A DNA stretch of 64,000 nt from the NCBI GenBank assembly GCA_048938105.1, contig JBHLMN010000020.1, positions 32,001-96,000 of the forward strand, read 5' to 3'. Made by a program: the position numbers and the translations under genes. This document shows positions 7,970 through 18,011 of this stretch, one piece after another. The notes below the pieces were generated by a model. The model saw only the letters and a program-made list of their open reading frames with translations, had not been told where the DNA came from and did no database searches. Within the stretch, counting starts at the first letter, position 1. The number at the start of each line of letters is the position of its first letter. Source of the DNA: Promethearchaeota archaeon (GTDB lineage: Archaea; Asgardarchaeota; Heimdallarchaeia; Hodarchaeales; Hodarchaeaceae).

Positions 7970-10591
7970 ATGAAACGAGTTATACTTATTTTTCTAGGAC
8001 TATTATTGCTTTTTTTGAATGTTGGGAGTGTCAATCCATATTTAGGCGAAATTAACTTAATAAACCAAGTAGAATTCAATTTGATAGACTCATCATTGAC
8101 TCAAATAAATCAAGGTGTTTACCAATTCAGTGCAATTGTCCAAAACTCTGGTGATCCCGCAACAACAGGAGTAGTCCCGATTTCATGGGAAGAGTACATG
8201 TACACAATTCCACTTACTAAGGGTGTTGGAACATTAGATGAAAGTGTTGTGGATTATGATATTAATGGTGATGATGACAAAGATGATACATTTACTGTAG
8301 AGTGGAACGATACAATCCGGCCTTGGGATGCTGAAATTGATGGTGTTTACGTTTACGCCCTCGCTGATCACTCTGAAAACCCAGGATTCAATAGAACTTA
8401 TTTTATTGATGGAAAATCCAAACTCTTTCAAATAGGGAATGAGATGCACACTCTTTACTATGCAGACAATTATACTGCATCATTCGGATTTGGGGACGCA
8501 TTCATTCTAAACTATCCAAGTCCTAACTTTGAATTCGTGGTATACTCAGATGTCAGTTTTATAGATATCACAATAAACGGAGAAGCTGTTGAAGTCAATT
8601 ACACCCGTAGAGGAATAGAGGTCTTTGTAGACGGAACAGAATCCGCATATACAATTTGTGTTGTACCTAATCAAGCAGCAGCAATTGGAACAGATGAAGC
8701 GATTGAATTTTCTTGTACAATAATCGCTCGTGAAACAAAATCTTGTGAGGTTGCACTCTTAGCAAACTGGTCCCCAGATAGGAATATCAGATACCGTTGG
8801 GTTCCCTTTGATCAGATAGATGTATCTTTTGAAGCGATTAATCGGCCTTTCTTCATTGACACTTCAATCGATGTTATTGATGTCAATACAGGTGTGAAAC
8901 AATTAGAGGCCACTATCAAAAATATTGGTGCGCCTGCTACAACTGGAGACATACCAATAGCTTGGGAAAGACATATATATGAGGTAGCACTTGATGCTGG
9001 TACTGGTACTCTTCTAGAAGCCGAGGCTAGCTTTGACCTGAATGGTGATGGAGACTTATTAGATTCTTTTGATATAACGTTGTACCCCAATGATGGCTGT
9101 CAATATGATGCCCTAATCAACAACGGAACTCATGATATCCATGCCTACTCCACTCTCGAGGAGTGGCTCTATCGTTCATCCAACCGGTCTTATTATATTG
9201 ATGGAAAACCCAAACTCTTCCAGTTAGGCAGTCGAACTCATTCTCTTTATTACACGGAAAACGATGTTGCTTTATTAGGACTTGATGCAGTTATCTTAAA
9301 GCATCCTAGTCCGCACTTTGAAGTAATAATAGAACATGAGGGTGCATTCTCATCTATACGTGCAACAGACTTTGAAATTAACGATTTACCTGTAAAATCT
9401 AATCTCACACGAGCTATACAATACAAATCCCCTTATTCAGCAGAATTAATGTCAGATATGGCGTACATCGTCCCAAACAATGAATTTGAAGTTAATCAAG
9501 ATGAAGAAGTAACCTTTTCGTGTACATTCACAGCTCACGAAGCGAAGATATGTGATATTTATCTCGTTATGAATTGGTCTCCAGATAGTAACATAAGATA
9601 CCTTTATGTTCCATTCTTGGAAGAGGTCACATTTAATCTCCCAAATTTCATTCTAGACGATTCAACCCTCGCCTCGAGTGCACCTGGAGAATATCAACTT
9701 ACCGTGGCCGTTAAGAACAATGGTGCACCTGCTACAGCTGGTACAGTCCCAATTTCTTGGGAGAAGTTATATTACGATCTTCCTCTTCTTGATGGTGAGG
9801 GGATTCTTGAAGAAAGCATTATTGACCATGATTTGAATGGTGACGGTGATATGGATGATACATTTGATGTGAAGTGGTTTCATAATGAAACACGGCAATG
9901 GGATGCTATTATTGACAATATTCACGTATACTCCCTCTGGGAGGGTCCCCCTGAAGATCCAAGGAGCCTTGAAATCCATTACATTAACGGCATGTCGAAG
10001 CAATTTAAATTAGGTAGTGAAACCCATTTTCTCCTCAGGGCTAATAGTGAGTATGCACATTTTGGTTTCTCCAATATCGATATCATTGACCATCCTAGTC
10101 CAAATTTTGAATTATACTTCAACACAACAGAGCTAAGTGCCAACAATTTCAAAATTGATGGAGTTTCTGTTAATGAGGATTATAAATGGAGTGGACGTGA
10201 ATTCTATCCGTCGTGGAGTGGAGACAAGTTTTCCACTGTATATCTCATTCCAAGCGATTCCTTTGCCATTGACACGGGAGAATTAGTAAAATTCTCTTGT
10301 AGAATCAGTGTACATAAAGAAACTACCTGTGATTTAGTACTTCTAATGAACTGGTCACCTAATGATAACATAAGGTTACGTTGGTTCCCATATGTAGTTA
10401 CTGAAACATTTGAAGCCCCATCCATGACATCTTCTACTCCAACTACAACACCCACTACCCCTGAAACTACCCCCACAACCTCTAAAACGACTTCGGAATC
10501 AGCTCCCACTATTCCAGGGTTTTCATTCCTAACGACATTGTTGATAACACTGCCTATCTTAGTTTTCATACATCGAAAGAAAAAGACTTGA
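7970..10591 (+). CDS. Secreted surface protein with three ~260-aa repeats, Thr-rich linker and PGF-type C-terminal anchor
   Basis: Signal peptide; PAT(T/A)G.(V/I)PI(S/A)WE, D.NGD.D, PSP.FE and NWSP..NIR each occur three times; ends IPGF-TM-RKKKT. Confidence 0.85.
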   Translation: MKRVILIFLGLLLLFLNVGSVNPYLGEINLINQVEFNLIDSSLTQINQGVYQFSAIVQNSGDPATTGVVPISWEEYMYTIPLTKGVGTLDESVVDYDINGDDDKDDTFTVEWNDTIRPWDAEIDGVYVYALADHSENPGFNRTYFIDGKSKLFQIGNEMHTLYYADNYTASFGFGDAFILNYPSPNFEFVVYSDVSFIDITINGEAVEVNYTRRGIEVFVDGTESAYTICVVPNQAAAIGTDEAIEFSCTIIARETKSCEVALLANWSPDRNIRYRWVPFDQIDVSFEAINRPFFIDTSIDVIDVNTGVKQLEATIKNIGAPATTGDIPIAWERHIYEVALDAGTGTLLEAEASFDLNGDGDLLDSFDITLYPNDGCQYDALINNGTHDIHAYSTLEEWLYRSSNRSYYIDGKPKLFQLGSRTHSLYYTENDVALLGLDAVILKHPSPHFEVIIEHEGAFSSIRATDFEINDLPVKSNLTRAIQYKSPYSAELMSDMAYIVPNNEFEVNQDEEVTFSCTFTAHEAKICDIYLVMNWSPDSNIRYLYVPFLEEVTFNLPNFILDDSTLASSAPGEYQLTVAVKNNGAPATAGTVPISWEKLYYDLPLLDGEGILEESIIDHDLNGDGDMDDTFDVKWFHNETRQWDAIIDNIHVYSLWEGPPEDPRSLEIHYINGMSKQFKLGSETHFLLRANSEYAHFGFSNIDIIDHPSPNFELYFNTTELSANNFKIDGVSVNEDYKWSGREFYPSWSGDKFSTVYLIPSDSFAIDTGELVKFSCRISVHKETTCDLVLLMNWSPNDNIRLRWFPYVVTETFEAPSMTSSTPTTTPTTPETTPTTSKTTSESAPTIPGFSFLTTLLITLPILVFIHRKKKT
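8075..10420 (+). repeat. Three tandem intragenic domain repeats starting near 8075, 8849 and 9647
   Basis: Colinear conserved motifs in the translation. Confidence 0.85.
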
Positions 10592-10620
10592 TTTTTTCTT
10601 CCCCCTTTTTTCTTTTTTTT
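10592..10620 (+). terminator. Oligo-T archaeal terminator
   Basis: Pyrimidine/T tracts directly after the stop; convergent gene follows. Confidence 0.5.
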
Positions 10621-10705
10621 CATGAAAATAACAATTTAGTCATAAGGTTTATGTGGAATCTCTGAGAGAAAAATAATTGCCCTATAATATAGGGTTTGTA
10701 AGGAT

Positions 10706-11398
10706 TTAAGGAATATATGTGAGAATAGGTGAAATTGCTAAGTATAATCCAAATCCAATCATAAATACGCTACATCCAATCAAGATCCCAAGATAGATCC
10801 TTTTTGTTAAGAATTTATTGGTAAAACCGAGTAGTGTTGCTATTGAAACATATGTTAAGAAATCTCCAAGTTCGTGGCCTAAAAAGAAACCCCAAAATTC
10901 CAGATTCAAAAAACCAACAGAGAATTGCGTCATGAAATTCAGTCCAATGACCGCCCACCAGATCCACCAATAAGGATTAGACATGGAAACCAATACACCT
11001 CCAAGAGTAGGCTGCTGGATCAAGTCGACTTCCTCACTTGTGCCTTCTCTTTCCTCAATGTTTTCATTTTTGGGTGTTATGAAATTCAAATCAATTTTAT
11101 TTAGCCAGATCTCTCTTAATAGACTCACTCCAAAAAATATTAGAACTATCCCTCCTAATAATCCTATTATGATAATTATCGATTTATCTGTTATAAATGG
11201 GGATAGTCCTATAAGTAATATTAACATCAATACAAATTCTAAAATTGCATGTCCAATCCAAATAAGTATTCCAACTAAGTAAGCTCTTCTTTTCGATTGA
11301 AGTGCTTTGTAGACCGTATAAGTGAGAAGAGGACCTGGAGACAAAGATCCTGATAAAGCAATGATAAAAGAAAGGATAAAGATTTCAAAAATACCCAT
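10706..11398 (-). CDS. LysE family translocator
   Basis: SLSPGP, GH..LE, SNPYWWIWW, GHELGD; about 6 TM. Confidence 0.88.
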   Translation of the reverse strand: MGIFEIFILSFIIALSGSLSPGPLLTYTVYKALQSKRRAYLVGILIWIGHAILEFVLMLILLIGLSPFITDKSIIIIIGLLGGIVLIFFGVSLLREIWLNKIDLNFITPKNENIEEREGTSEEVDLIQQPTLGGVLVSMSNPYWWIWWAVIGLNFMTQFSVGFLNLEFWGFFLGHELGDFLTYVSIATLLGFTNKFLTKRIYLGILIGCSVFMIGFGLYLAISPILTYIP

Positions 11399-11539
11399 GT
11401 CTCTGTTTTCCTATTATTAAAATCCTGCGATTTTACTTTAGATGAAGTACTTTTGTTGAAGAGAGTATTTAATGGAGATTTCTCAGTAAAGGATATATTT
11501 TTTTATGTTGAAGGAATCTTTCGACTAAGCTGAAATAAA

Positions 11540-12664
11540 ATGGAAGAGAAAGAAGGTCACTTATCTTATCGACGAACTCCGATCGAAAAAGAATCACCTG
11601 AGGAGTTTGGGTATGAGAGAATCAATTACAATCTTGCAGAAAGCTCGGTTCCAGATTTTGTACTTGGGAACCTTGATCTCGACTTAACTAACCTTGCTCT
11701 TAGCTATACTGATCATCTGGGCAATCCTCAACTTAGACAATATATTGCAGAAGAAGAAGTTAACCCAAAGCACGTTCTAGTTACAACTGGAGCTGCAGGG
11801 GCATTATTTATTATTGCTACGTCTCTTCTAAAGCCAAGTGATCATGTTGTGATTTTACATCCAAATTATGTTGCGAATCTTGAATCACCACGTGCTATTG
11901 GTTGTCAGGTGGATTATCTACGATTGACAATGGAGGACCAATTTCAATTTGACCTCAATCAGCTCGAAATGTTTATTCGACCTAATACGCGTCTTATTAG
12001 CCTCACATACCCCCAAAATCCCACTGGAACCATGATTACTAAATCTGTATTGAATGAGATCATTTCAATGATAGAATCCAAAGGTATTTACTTATTGTTT
12101 GATGAAACATATAGGGAGATGACTTCTAAGCCTCTTCCAATAGCTGGTTCATTAAGTGAAAATGTAATTAGTGTTTCCTCTTTTTCCAAGGCATATGGAC
12201 TACCTGGTATCCGATTAGGTTGGTTGATTAACCAGAATAAAGAATTGATGGAGACTTTCTTGGCTGGTAAAGAATTAATTTTTATTTGCAATTCTATTGT
12301 CGATGAGGAAATCGGAGCTCAATTCCTTGCGAGAAAAGCAGAATTTTTACCACAGATTCAAGCACATGTAAATACTAACTTAGAGATATTGAATAATTGG
12401 ATAGAAAATAACGATTATTTGGAATGTGTAAAACCAATTGGTGGTGTCATTTGTTTTCCGAGAATAAAACAAGATATCAATATCGACATTGAAAAGTTCT
12501 ATGAGATTCTAAAACACACTTACAAAACTTTTGTAGCCCCAGGTTATTGGTTTGAGATGAGTCAACGGTTTATGCGTATTGGGTACGGTTATCCCAGCAA
12601 GAAAGAACTTCAAAAAGGTCTTCAATGCATTACAGAAGCTATCAGGGACTGTATAATATCCTAA
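11540..12664 (+). CDS. PLP-dependent aminotransferase class I/II
   Basis: PQNPTG, FDETY, SFSKAYGLPGIRLGW, MRIGYG. Confidence 0.92.
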   Translation: MEEKEGHLSYRRTPIEKESPEEFGYERINYNLAESSVPDFVLGNLDLDLTNLALSYTDHLGNPQLRQYIAEEEVNPKHVLVTTGAAGALFIIATSLLKPSDHVVILHPNYVANLESPRAIGCQVDYLRLTMEDQFQFDLNQLEMFIRPNTRLISLTYPQNPTGTMITKSVLNEIISMIESKGIYLLFDETYREMTSKPLPIAGSLSENVISVSSFSKAYGLPGIRLGWLINQNKELMETFLAGKELIFICNSIVDEEIGAQFLARKAEFLPQIQAHVNTNLEILNNWIENNDYLECVKPIGGVICFPRIKQDINIDIEKFYEILKHTYKTFVAPGYWFEMSQRFMRIGYGYPSKKELQKGLQCITEAIRDCIIS

Positions 12665-12753
12665 AGATTATTTATATCTTCTTTACAATATAGCATTATT
12701 TTTCGTTTAGATTATCAAATAATAGATATATCAAACATTTTTCTCTGTCAATC

Positions 12754-14529
12754 ATGAAATACAATCGCCCTCTATTACAGTTAATTAATTATTCACGTTC
12801 GCATCGATTGACTATAGTAATGGCTACATTATTTTCCATTTTAAATAAATGGTTTGATTTAGCTCCCCCATTCCTCATCGCTGCTGCTGTTGACATTGCT
12901 GTTAGAAGGGAGAATTCTATCTTTGGATACCTTGGGATTGTTGATGTTCCATCCCAGTTAGTTTTCTTAGGATTATTAACATTCGTCATCTGGGCATTGG
13001 AATCATTATTTGAATATATTTACAAAATTCTCTGGAGGAATTTAGCCCAGAGAATTGAACATGAATTACGCCTTGACGCGTATAGTCATCTTCAGCGCTT
13101 AGATATGGAATACTTTGAGGATCGTCAAACAGGAGGTTTAATGTCTATTCTAAATGATGATATCAATCAACTTGAACGCTTCCTTGATATTGGGGCAAAC
13201 GATCTCATCCAAGTCACTGTGACCGCTATTACTATTTTAACTGCATTCTTTCTTCTTTCACCTGAAGTTGCTTGGATGGCCGCAGTTCCAATGCCATTTA
13301 TACTTCTTTTTTCGATAAAATTTCAGAAACGTCTTGAATCTCGATATGCTGATGTTAGAGAGAAGGTAGGTGTATTAAACGGCCAGCTGTCTAATAATTT
13401 GACAGGAATAGCGACCATCAAGAGTTATACAACTGAAGATTATGAAGAAAGTAGAATATTAAAATCCTCAAGCGAGTATAAAGAGAGTAATCGTGAAGCG
13501 ATCAAATTTAGTTCTGCTTTTTCCCCACTAATTAGAATGATTATTGTGGTTGGATTCACAGCGATGCTAATATTCGCGGGAATCCAGACAATTAATGGCC
13601 AATTAGAGGTTGCAGCTTATAGTGCTATGATATTTCTGACCCAAAGGCTTTTATGGCCTTTAACAAGAGTGGGTGAGACACTTGATCAGTACCAGCGTGC
13701 TATGGCTTCAACAACGAGAATAATGACTTTATTAGATACCCAGAGCAAAATATCTAATGGAAAGTACAAACTCTCATTAGCATCTATTTCTGGGGGAATT
13801 TCATTCCAAAATGTCCATTTTGGATATAAAGGGCGTAATTCGACCTTTAATGATCTAACCGTTGATATAGAACCAGGACAAACTGTCGCATTTGTTGGTA
13901 GTACAGGTGTTGGAAAATCAACTATTGTCAAGCTACTACTGCGGTTTTATGACCCACAAAAAGGGAGAATTTTACTTGATGGTATTGATATTAAAGACTT
14001 TGATCTCCAAGAATTACGTAAATCAATGGGATTAGTTAATCAGGATACATTCATTATCGACGGCACCGTTCGAGAAAATATTGCATATGGTAAGCCAGAT
14101 ACGCCAATTAAGGAGATCATTGAAGCTGCAAAGGTAGCTGAAGTGCATAACTTTATTGCTAGTTTACCAAATGGTTATGATACCCTTGTTGGTGAACGAG
14201 GCCAGAAATTAAGTGGGGGCCAGAGACAACGAATTGCTATTGCACGTGCTGTGTTGAAAAATCCCCCGATACTTATCTTGGATGAAGCTACTTCTAGTGT
14301 GGACAATGAAACTGAGGCTGCCATCCAAAGATCACTTGAAAAAATCATTGTTGGACGAACTACTATAATTATCGCTCACAGGCTATCAACCGTTCGATGT
14401 GCTGACAAAATTTTCGTCATAGAGAATGGAGAAATCATTGAACAAGGTACACATAACGAATTAGTAGAAGATAATCGATTATATGCATCATTATGGAAAG
14501 TTCAAACTGGAGAACGAACCTTAGCTTAG
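12754..14529 (+). CDS. ABC exporter, fused TMD plus NBD (MsbA/MdlB-like)
   Basis: N-terminal TM helices, GSTGVGKS, LSGGQRQR, ILDEATSSVD, IAHRLS. Confidence 0.95.
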   Translation: MKYNRPLLQLINYSRSHRLTIVMATLFSILNKWFDLAPPFLIAAAVDIAVRRENSIFGYLGIVDVPSQLVFLGLLTFVIWALESLFEYIYKILWRNLAQRIEHELRLDAYSHLQRLDMEYFEDRQTGGLMSILNDDINQLERFLDIGANDLIQVTVTAITILTAFFLLSPEVAWMAAVPMPFILLFSIKFQKRLESRYADVREKVGVLNGQLSNNLTGIATIKSYTTEDYEESRILKSSSEYKESNREAIKFSSAFSPLIRMIIVVGFTAMLIFAGIQTINGQLEVAAYSAMIFLTQRLLWPLTRVGETLDQYQRAMASTTRIMTLLDTQSKISNGKYKLSLASISGGISFQNVHFGYKGRNSTFNDLTVDIEPGQTVAFVGSTGVGKSTIVKLLLRFYDPQKGRILLDGIDIKDFDLQELRKSMGLVNQDTFIIDGTVRENIAYGKPDTPIKEIIEAAKVAEVHNFIASLPNGYDTLVGERGQKLSGGQRQRIAIARAVLKNPPILILDEATSSVDNETEAAIQRSLEKIIVGRTTIIIAHRLSTVRCADKIFVIENGEIIEQGTHNELVEDNRLYASLWKVQTGERTLA

Positions 14530-15329
14530 TTATTTGCCTTATTGACAACCATTTCTCGGTATTTAGTAAATAATCGTGTGACTGTTAAAACAAATAATGC
14601 AGAGAGAAGTAGTTCCAGTCCTGGCCAAAAAGTGGACTTAGGGATCGGAATGTCTGCTTCAATCGGGGAATAGTAAATTGGAAGAGAAATGTCAATATAT
14701 GGAGAATCATCATAACCATTACTTTCATAAAATCCCTGATAGTCCTTGGTTGTTACATTGATGTAAGCCAACCATTTAATCCATTTATAACCAAAAAAGC
14801 GTGGACAGACAAGACGAATAGGAAAACCATGTTTCTTTGGCAAAGGTTCTCCATTCATTTCATAAGCTAAGATAACATCACCCCAGAATGCTTCTTCTAG
14901 GGTTAAACTTGTGGAAAAAGCCCATGGATTTAAATCAGGTGTGTGAAACGAGATATCCACTGCTTTATCATAATTAATTTGTGATAGATTCAAAATATGA
15001 TATAATTGTATACCTGTCCAATTAGCTACCCCTGTTAATGATGTGTCTCCAAATTTGTAACCAATACATGTTAACCGCACAATTTCAGAAGTAGCTGGCA
15101 TTGCTCTAATATCTTTCAAAGTTAAGTTCAATGGATTAGCCACTTCTCCCATGACTACCAATCGATAAGTATCAGGGTCAATGTCAAAGAAATCGATCGC
15201 TTCCGTAAAGAACTCATCGTTTGAGGTAATTGGGATATCATCACTAGATGATACTTCAAGTAAAGCGTTACAAAATGCAAAACTGAGTAAGAAACTGAGT
15301 AGAATTGGATTGATTTTTTGCTTCGCCAT
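14526..15329 (-). CDS. Sulfite-oxidase-family molybdopterin oxidoreductase domain, secreted and C-terminally anchored
   Basis: LTCIG (Mo-ligand Cys), ANWTG, LAYEMNGEPLP..HGFPIRLVCP..FGYKWIKW; signal peptide; WPGL-TM tail. Confidence 0.88.
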   Translation of the reverse strand: MAKQKINPILLSFLLSFAFCNALLEVSSSDDIPITSNDEFFTEAIDFFDIDPDTYRLVVMGEVANPLNLTLKDIRAMPATSEIVRLTCIGYKFGDTSLTGVANWTGIQLYHILNLSQINYDKAVDISFHTPDLNPWAFSTSLTLEEAFWGDVILAYEMNGEPLPKKHGFPIRLVCPRFFGYKWIKWLAYINVTTKDYQGFYESNGYDDSPYIDISLPIYYSPIEADIPIPKSTFWPGLELLLSALFVLTVTRLFTKYREMVVNKANN

Positions 15330-15387
15330 TTCTTCCTAGACAAAAGATAAATACAATTAAAAGTCTTTTGCCAAGGTATTTTTCAAA

Positions 15388-15452
15388 TCACAATTGTGAA
15401 CTGACATTTGTACAAAAATAATCAAAATATTTTTAATCCACAATTGTGAACT
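15388..15452. promoter_or_regulatory. Tandem palindromic operator candidates CACAATTGTG
   Basis: CACAATTGTGAACT at 15389-15402 and 15439-15452, 50 bp apart, between divergent genes. Confidence 0.6.
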
Positions 15453-15471
15453 AATGTAAAGTTGGTTAAAC

Positions 15472-17697
15472 ATGATTGATTTCATCGCAATGATATACTA
15501 TTATTTAGATAGTTTAGGGATTCTAAACATTGAACAAATTTTAGCATCTATAGTGCTGTTAACACTTTGTAGAGGATTCTATATAATAACTTATTTCTTT
15601 AATTATTCTAAGGATTATAGTAAAGAACTTGAGGAAGGAATGAAGTTATTTACGCGAAATGAGACGATCCTATTTTGTTTAAAACAAGTTGCAGCTATAC
15701 TTGTAGGAACATTATATTTCCCAATCGCTGTTTTTATATCATTCTATTCACTGTTAGTAGGGGGAAGTTATCTTAAAGAAATTGGGATAAAAACAAGATC
15801 TGATCCTCTAAAAATCGCTGGAATGGTAGTCACTATTATAGGACCACTGATTGGAATTTTGGGGTATGTTATTGCAGAAGACTATTTATCAACTGCAGCT
15901 ATCGGAGTAAGTTTGTTTATTTTTCTTCATTATGGCCAAAAGACTTCATTCTTACCATTATCAACTGTTCTAGAAAGAGCTACACAACGCTTCTCTCGGA
16001 TTCCTAGAGTTCTTTATCTTGGCATTTTAATTATCTCATTAATTATCCCAACAATTGTTATTCTTGGAGCTGTAATATACACCCCCCCACCTAAGCAAAC
16101 TCATTTTATTGTGATGCGAGATGGAATAAAATTAGCTACAGATGTGTACTTAGCCCCTGGATCATTTGGAGGACCAAGACCAGTCATCCTTACACGAACT
16201 CCCTATGGAAAAGATGGGATGGGAGCAATGTATGGATTATTATATCTTACTCAAGGATATCATCTAGTTGTTCAAGATATTCGAGGATGTTTTGATTCAG
16301 AAGATCATGAAGATTTTATCATGTTTCAACAGGCATATCAAGATGGTGTTGATACTCTTGAATGGATATTAGATCAATCGTGGTGTAATGGGAAGATCGC
16401 TTCTGTAGGAGCTTCAGCATTAGCAATTAACGAATACTTTTATGCTGGTATGAATCCAACTGGTCTTATTTGCCAATCTTTAATGATTGGTACACCAGAT
16501 TTATATAAAATCTCTATGTGGCCAGGGGGGGTACTTAAGGAAAGCCTTGTTCTCGGATGGCTTGAAGGAACAGCTGATAATTACGAATATCAGCTTCAAC
16601 AAATTATAAGTCGTCCCAAAAAAGAGGATCTCTACTATAATTCAACATCCTTGTTCTTAGAAGAGGGGCCAAATTTCAGTAATGTTAACGTTCCTGCAAT
16701 TCATATTGGAGGGTGGTACGATGTTTTCCAGCAAGGAACCTTAGATGGTTTCATCGGTTATGATGATTTGAGCCTTGAGGGAGCTCGTGATCACCAATTA
16801 TTGATAATGGGTCCCTTTACTCATGGTTTTCCAGGTGAAGGGAAACAAGGAGAATTATTCTTTCCAACAAAAACCAAAAAAGGGTTTGATTTGTATCTTG
16901 AGTGGGAACGAAAACTTTTTGATCATGTTCTATTAGGGAAGGATTTTGATTGGGATAATGAGTATCGCGTAGCTTATTATATGATGGGGGATAACACATC
17001 AGATGACCCAGATGTAAATGACTATAGGTTTACTTATGATTGGCCTGTACCTCATGTTAATGATCGCTGGTATTTCAGTGCTAATAGTCAGTTAATTCTT
17101 GGAACAGATGATTTAACCAGTGCAAATTATTCTTATATATACGATCCTCGTGATCCTGTACCAACTGTTGGAGGGACTAATCTAATGATCCCTTCAGGGC
17201 CATACGATCAAGGTAAAATTGAAACTCGGGATGATGTACTTATTTTTGAAACCTCATCTCTGACTTCAAAGGTAGAAGTTGTGGGACAGATGTGGGCTCA
17301 TTTATGGGTTATGTCTAATTGTACAAATACTGACTTTACAGTTAAAATTAGTGATGTTTATCCAGATGGACGTTCTATGTTAATAACAGATGGAATCATC
17401 AATATGCTTAGGCGAGATGGCTTTGATCAAGATGCTCCTCCTTTAAATCCTGGTGAGCCTGTGAATGTTACTCTTGATCTCTGGTCAACAGCTTATCAGT
17501 TCGATGAAGGACATAGAATTAGGATAGCGATTTCTAGTTCGAATTACCCTCGATTTGCAATCAATCCAAACACAGGAGCTCCTCCTGAACTTTATTATTA
17601 TCAGTATTTAGATCAAAAAATCGCAAATAATTCAGTTTTAGTCGGACCAAGTTATCCATCTTATGTCATTCTTCCAAAACCTACTGAAACCGTTTAA
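15472..17697 (+). CDS. CocE/NonD (S15) family serine hydrolase with N-terminal multi-TM domain
   Basis: MRDGIKLATDVY, RTPY, QDIRG..DSE, GASA nucleophile, GWYD, GPFTH, PepX-type C-domain; about 200 aa hydrophobic N-terminus. Confidence 0.9.
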   Translation: MIDFIAMIYYYLDSLGILNIEQILASIVLLTLCRGFYIITYFFNYSKDYSKELEEGMKLFTRNETILFCLKQVAAILVGTLYFPIAVFISFYSLLVGGSYLKEIGIKTRSDPLKIAGMVVTIIGPLIGILGYVIAEDYLSTAAIGVSLFIFLHYGQKTSFLPLSTVLERATQRFSRIPRVLYLGILIISLIIPTIVILGAVIYTPPPKQTHFIVMRDGIKLATDVYLAPGSFGGPRPVILTRTPYGKDGMGAMYGLLYLTQGYHLVVQDIRGCFDSEDHEDFIMFQQAYQDGVDTLEWILDQSWCNGKIASVGASALAINEYFYAGMNPTGLICQSLMIGTPDLYKISMWPGGVLKESLVLGWLEGTADNYEYQLQQIISRPKKEDLYYNSTSLFLEEGPNFSNVNVPAIHIGGWYDVFQQGTLDGFIGYDDLSLEGARDHQLLIMGPFTHGFPGEGKQGELFFPTKTKKGFDLYLEWERKLFDHVLLGKDFDWDNEYRVAYYMMGDNTSDDPDVNDYRFTYDWPVPHVNDRWYFSANSQLILGTDDLTSANYSYIYDPRDPVPTVGGTNLMIPSGPYDQGKIETRDDVLIFETSSLTSKVEVVGQMWAHLWVMSNCTNTDFTVKISDVYPDGRSMLITDGIINMLRRDGFDQDAPPLNPGEPVNVTLDLWSTAYQFDEGHRIRIAISSSNYPRFAINPNTGAPPELYYYQYLDQKIANNSVLVGPSYPSYVILPKPTETV

Positions 17698-17726
17698 AGA
17701 AATGTATTTCTAATTGGGTTTGTAAG

Positions 17727-18011
17727 ATGTCAAGAATAAAGGTGACTGTTGAGAAAATTAATGGTTATTGCAATTTACCGATGCTTATAGGTGATCACTT
17801 TTTCATAGAAGGATCAAAATTAACAATTCCTGAGGGAAAACACATATGTATATGGGCTTTACAAAGTATGATGCCTATATTCCCAATTTTTTCTGAGAAA
17901 GAGAAGCTTGATGATGATCATTGGATAAAGAGGGTCAAACATTTTTCTTGTCCTGATCCTAAAGGTCTTGTTCAATATCGTTTGGAATTGATTGATGATG
18001 ATTCAACTTGA
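17727..18011 (+). CDS. TIGR04076-like small Cys protein
   Basis: VEKINGYC, ICIWAL, SCPDP. Confidence 0.75.
   Translation: MSRIKVTVEKINGYCNLPMLIGDHFFIEGSKLTIPEGKHICIWALQSMMPIFPIFSEKEKLDDDHWIKRVKHFSCPDPKGLVQYRLELIDDDST

Noticed and set aside
10204-10623. 139-aa antisense ORF and the many other 60-110 aa nested ORFs in the track
   Set aside because: Shadows of well-supported genes; this one mirrors the Thr-rich linker and T tract
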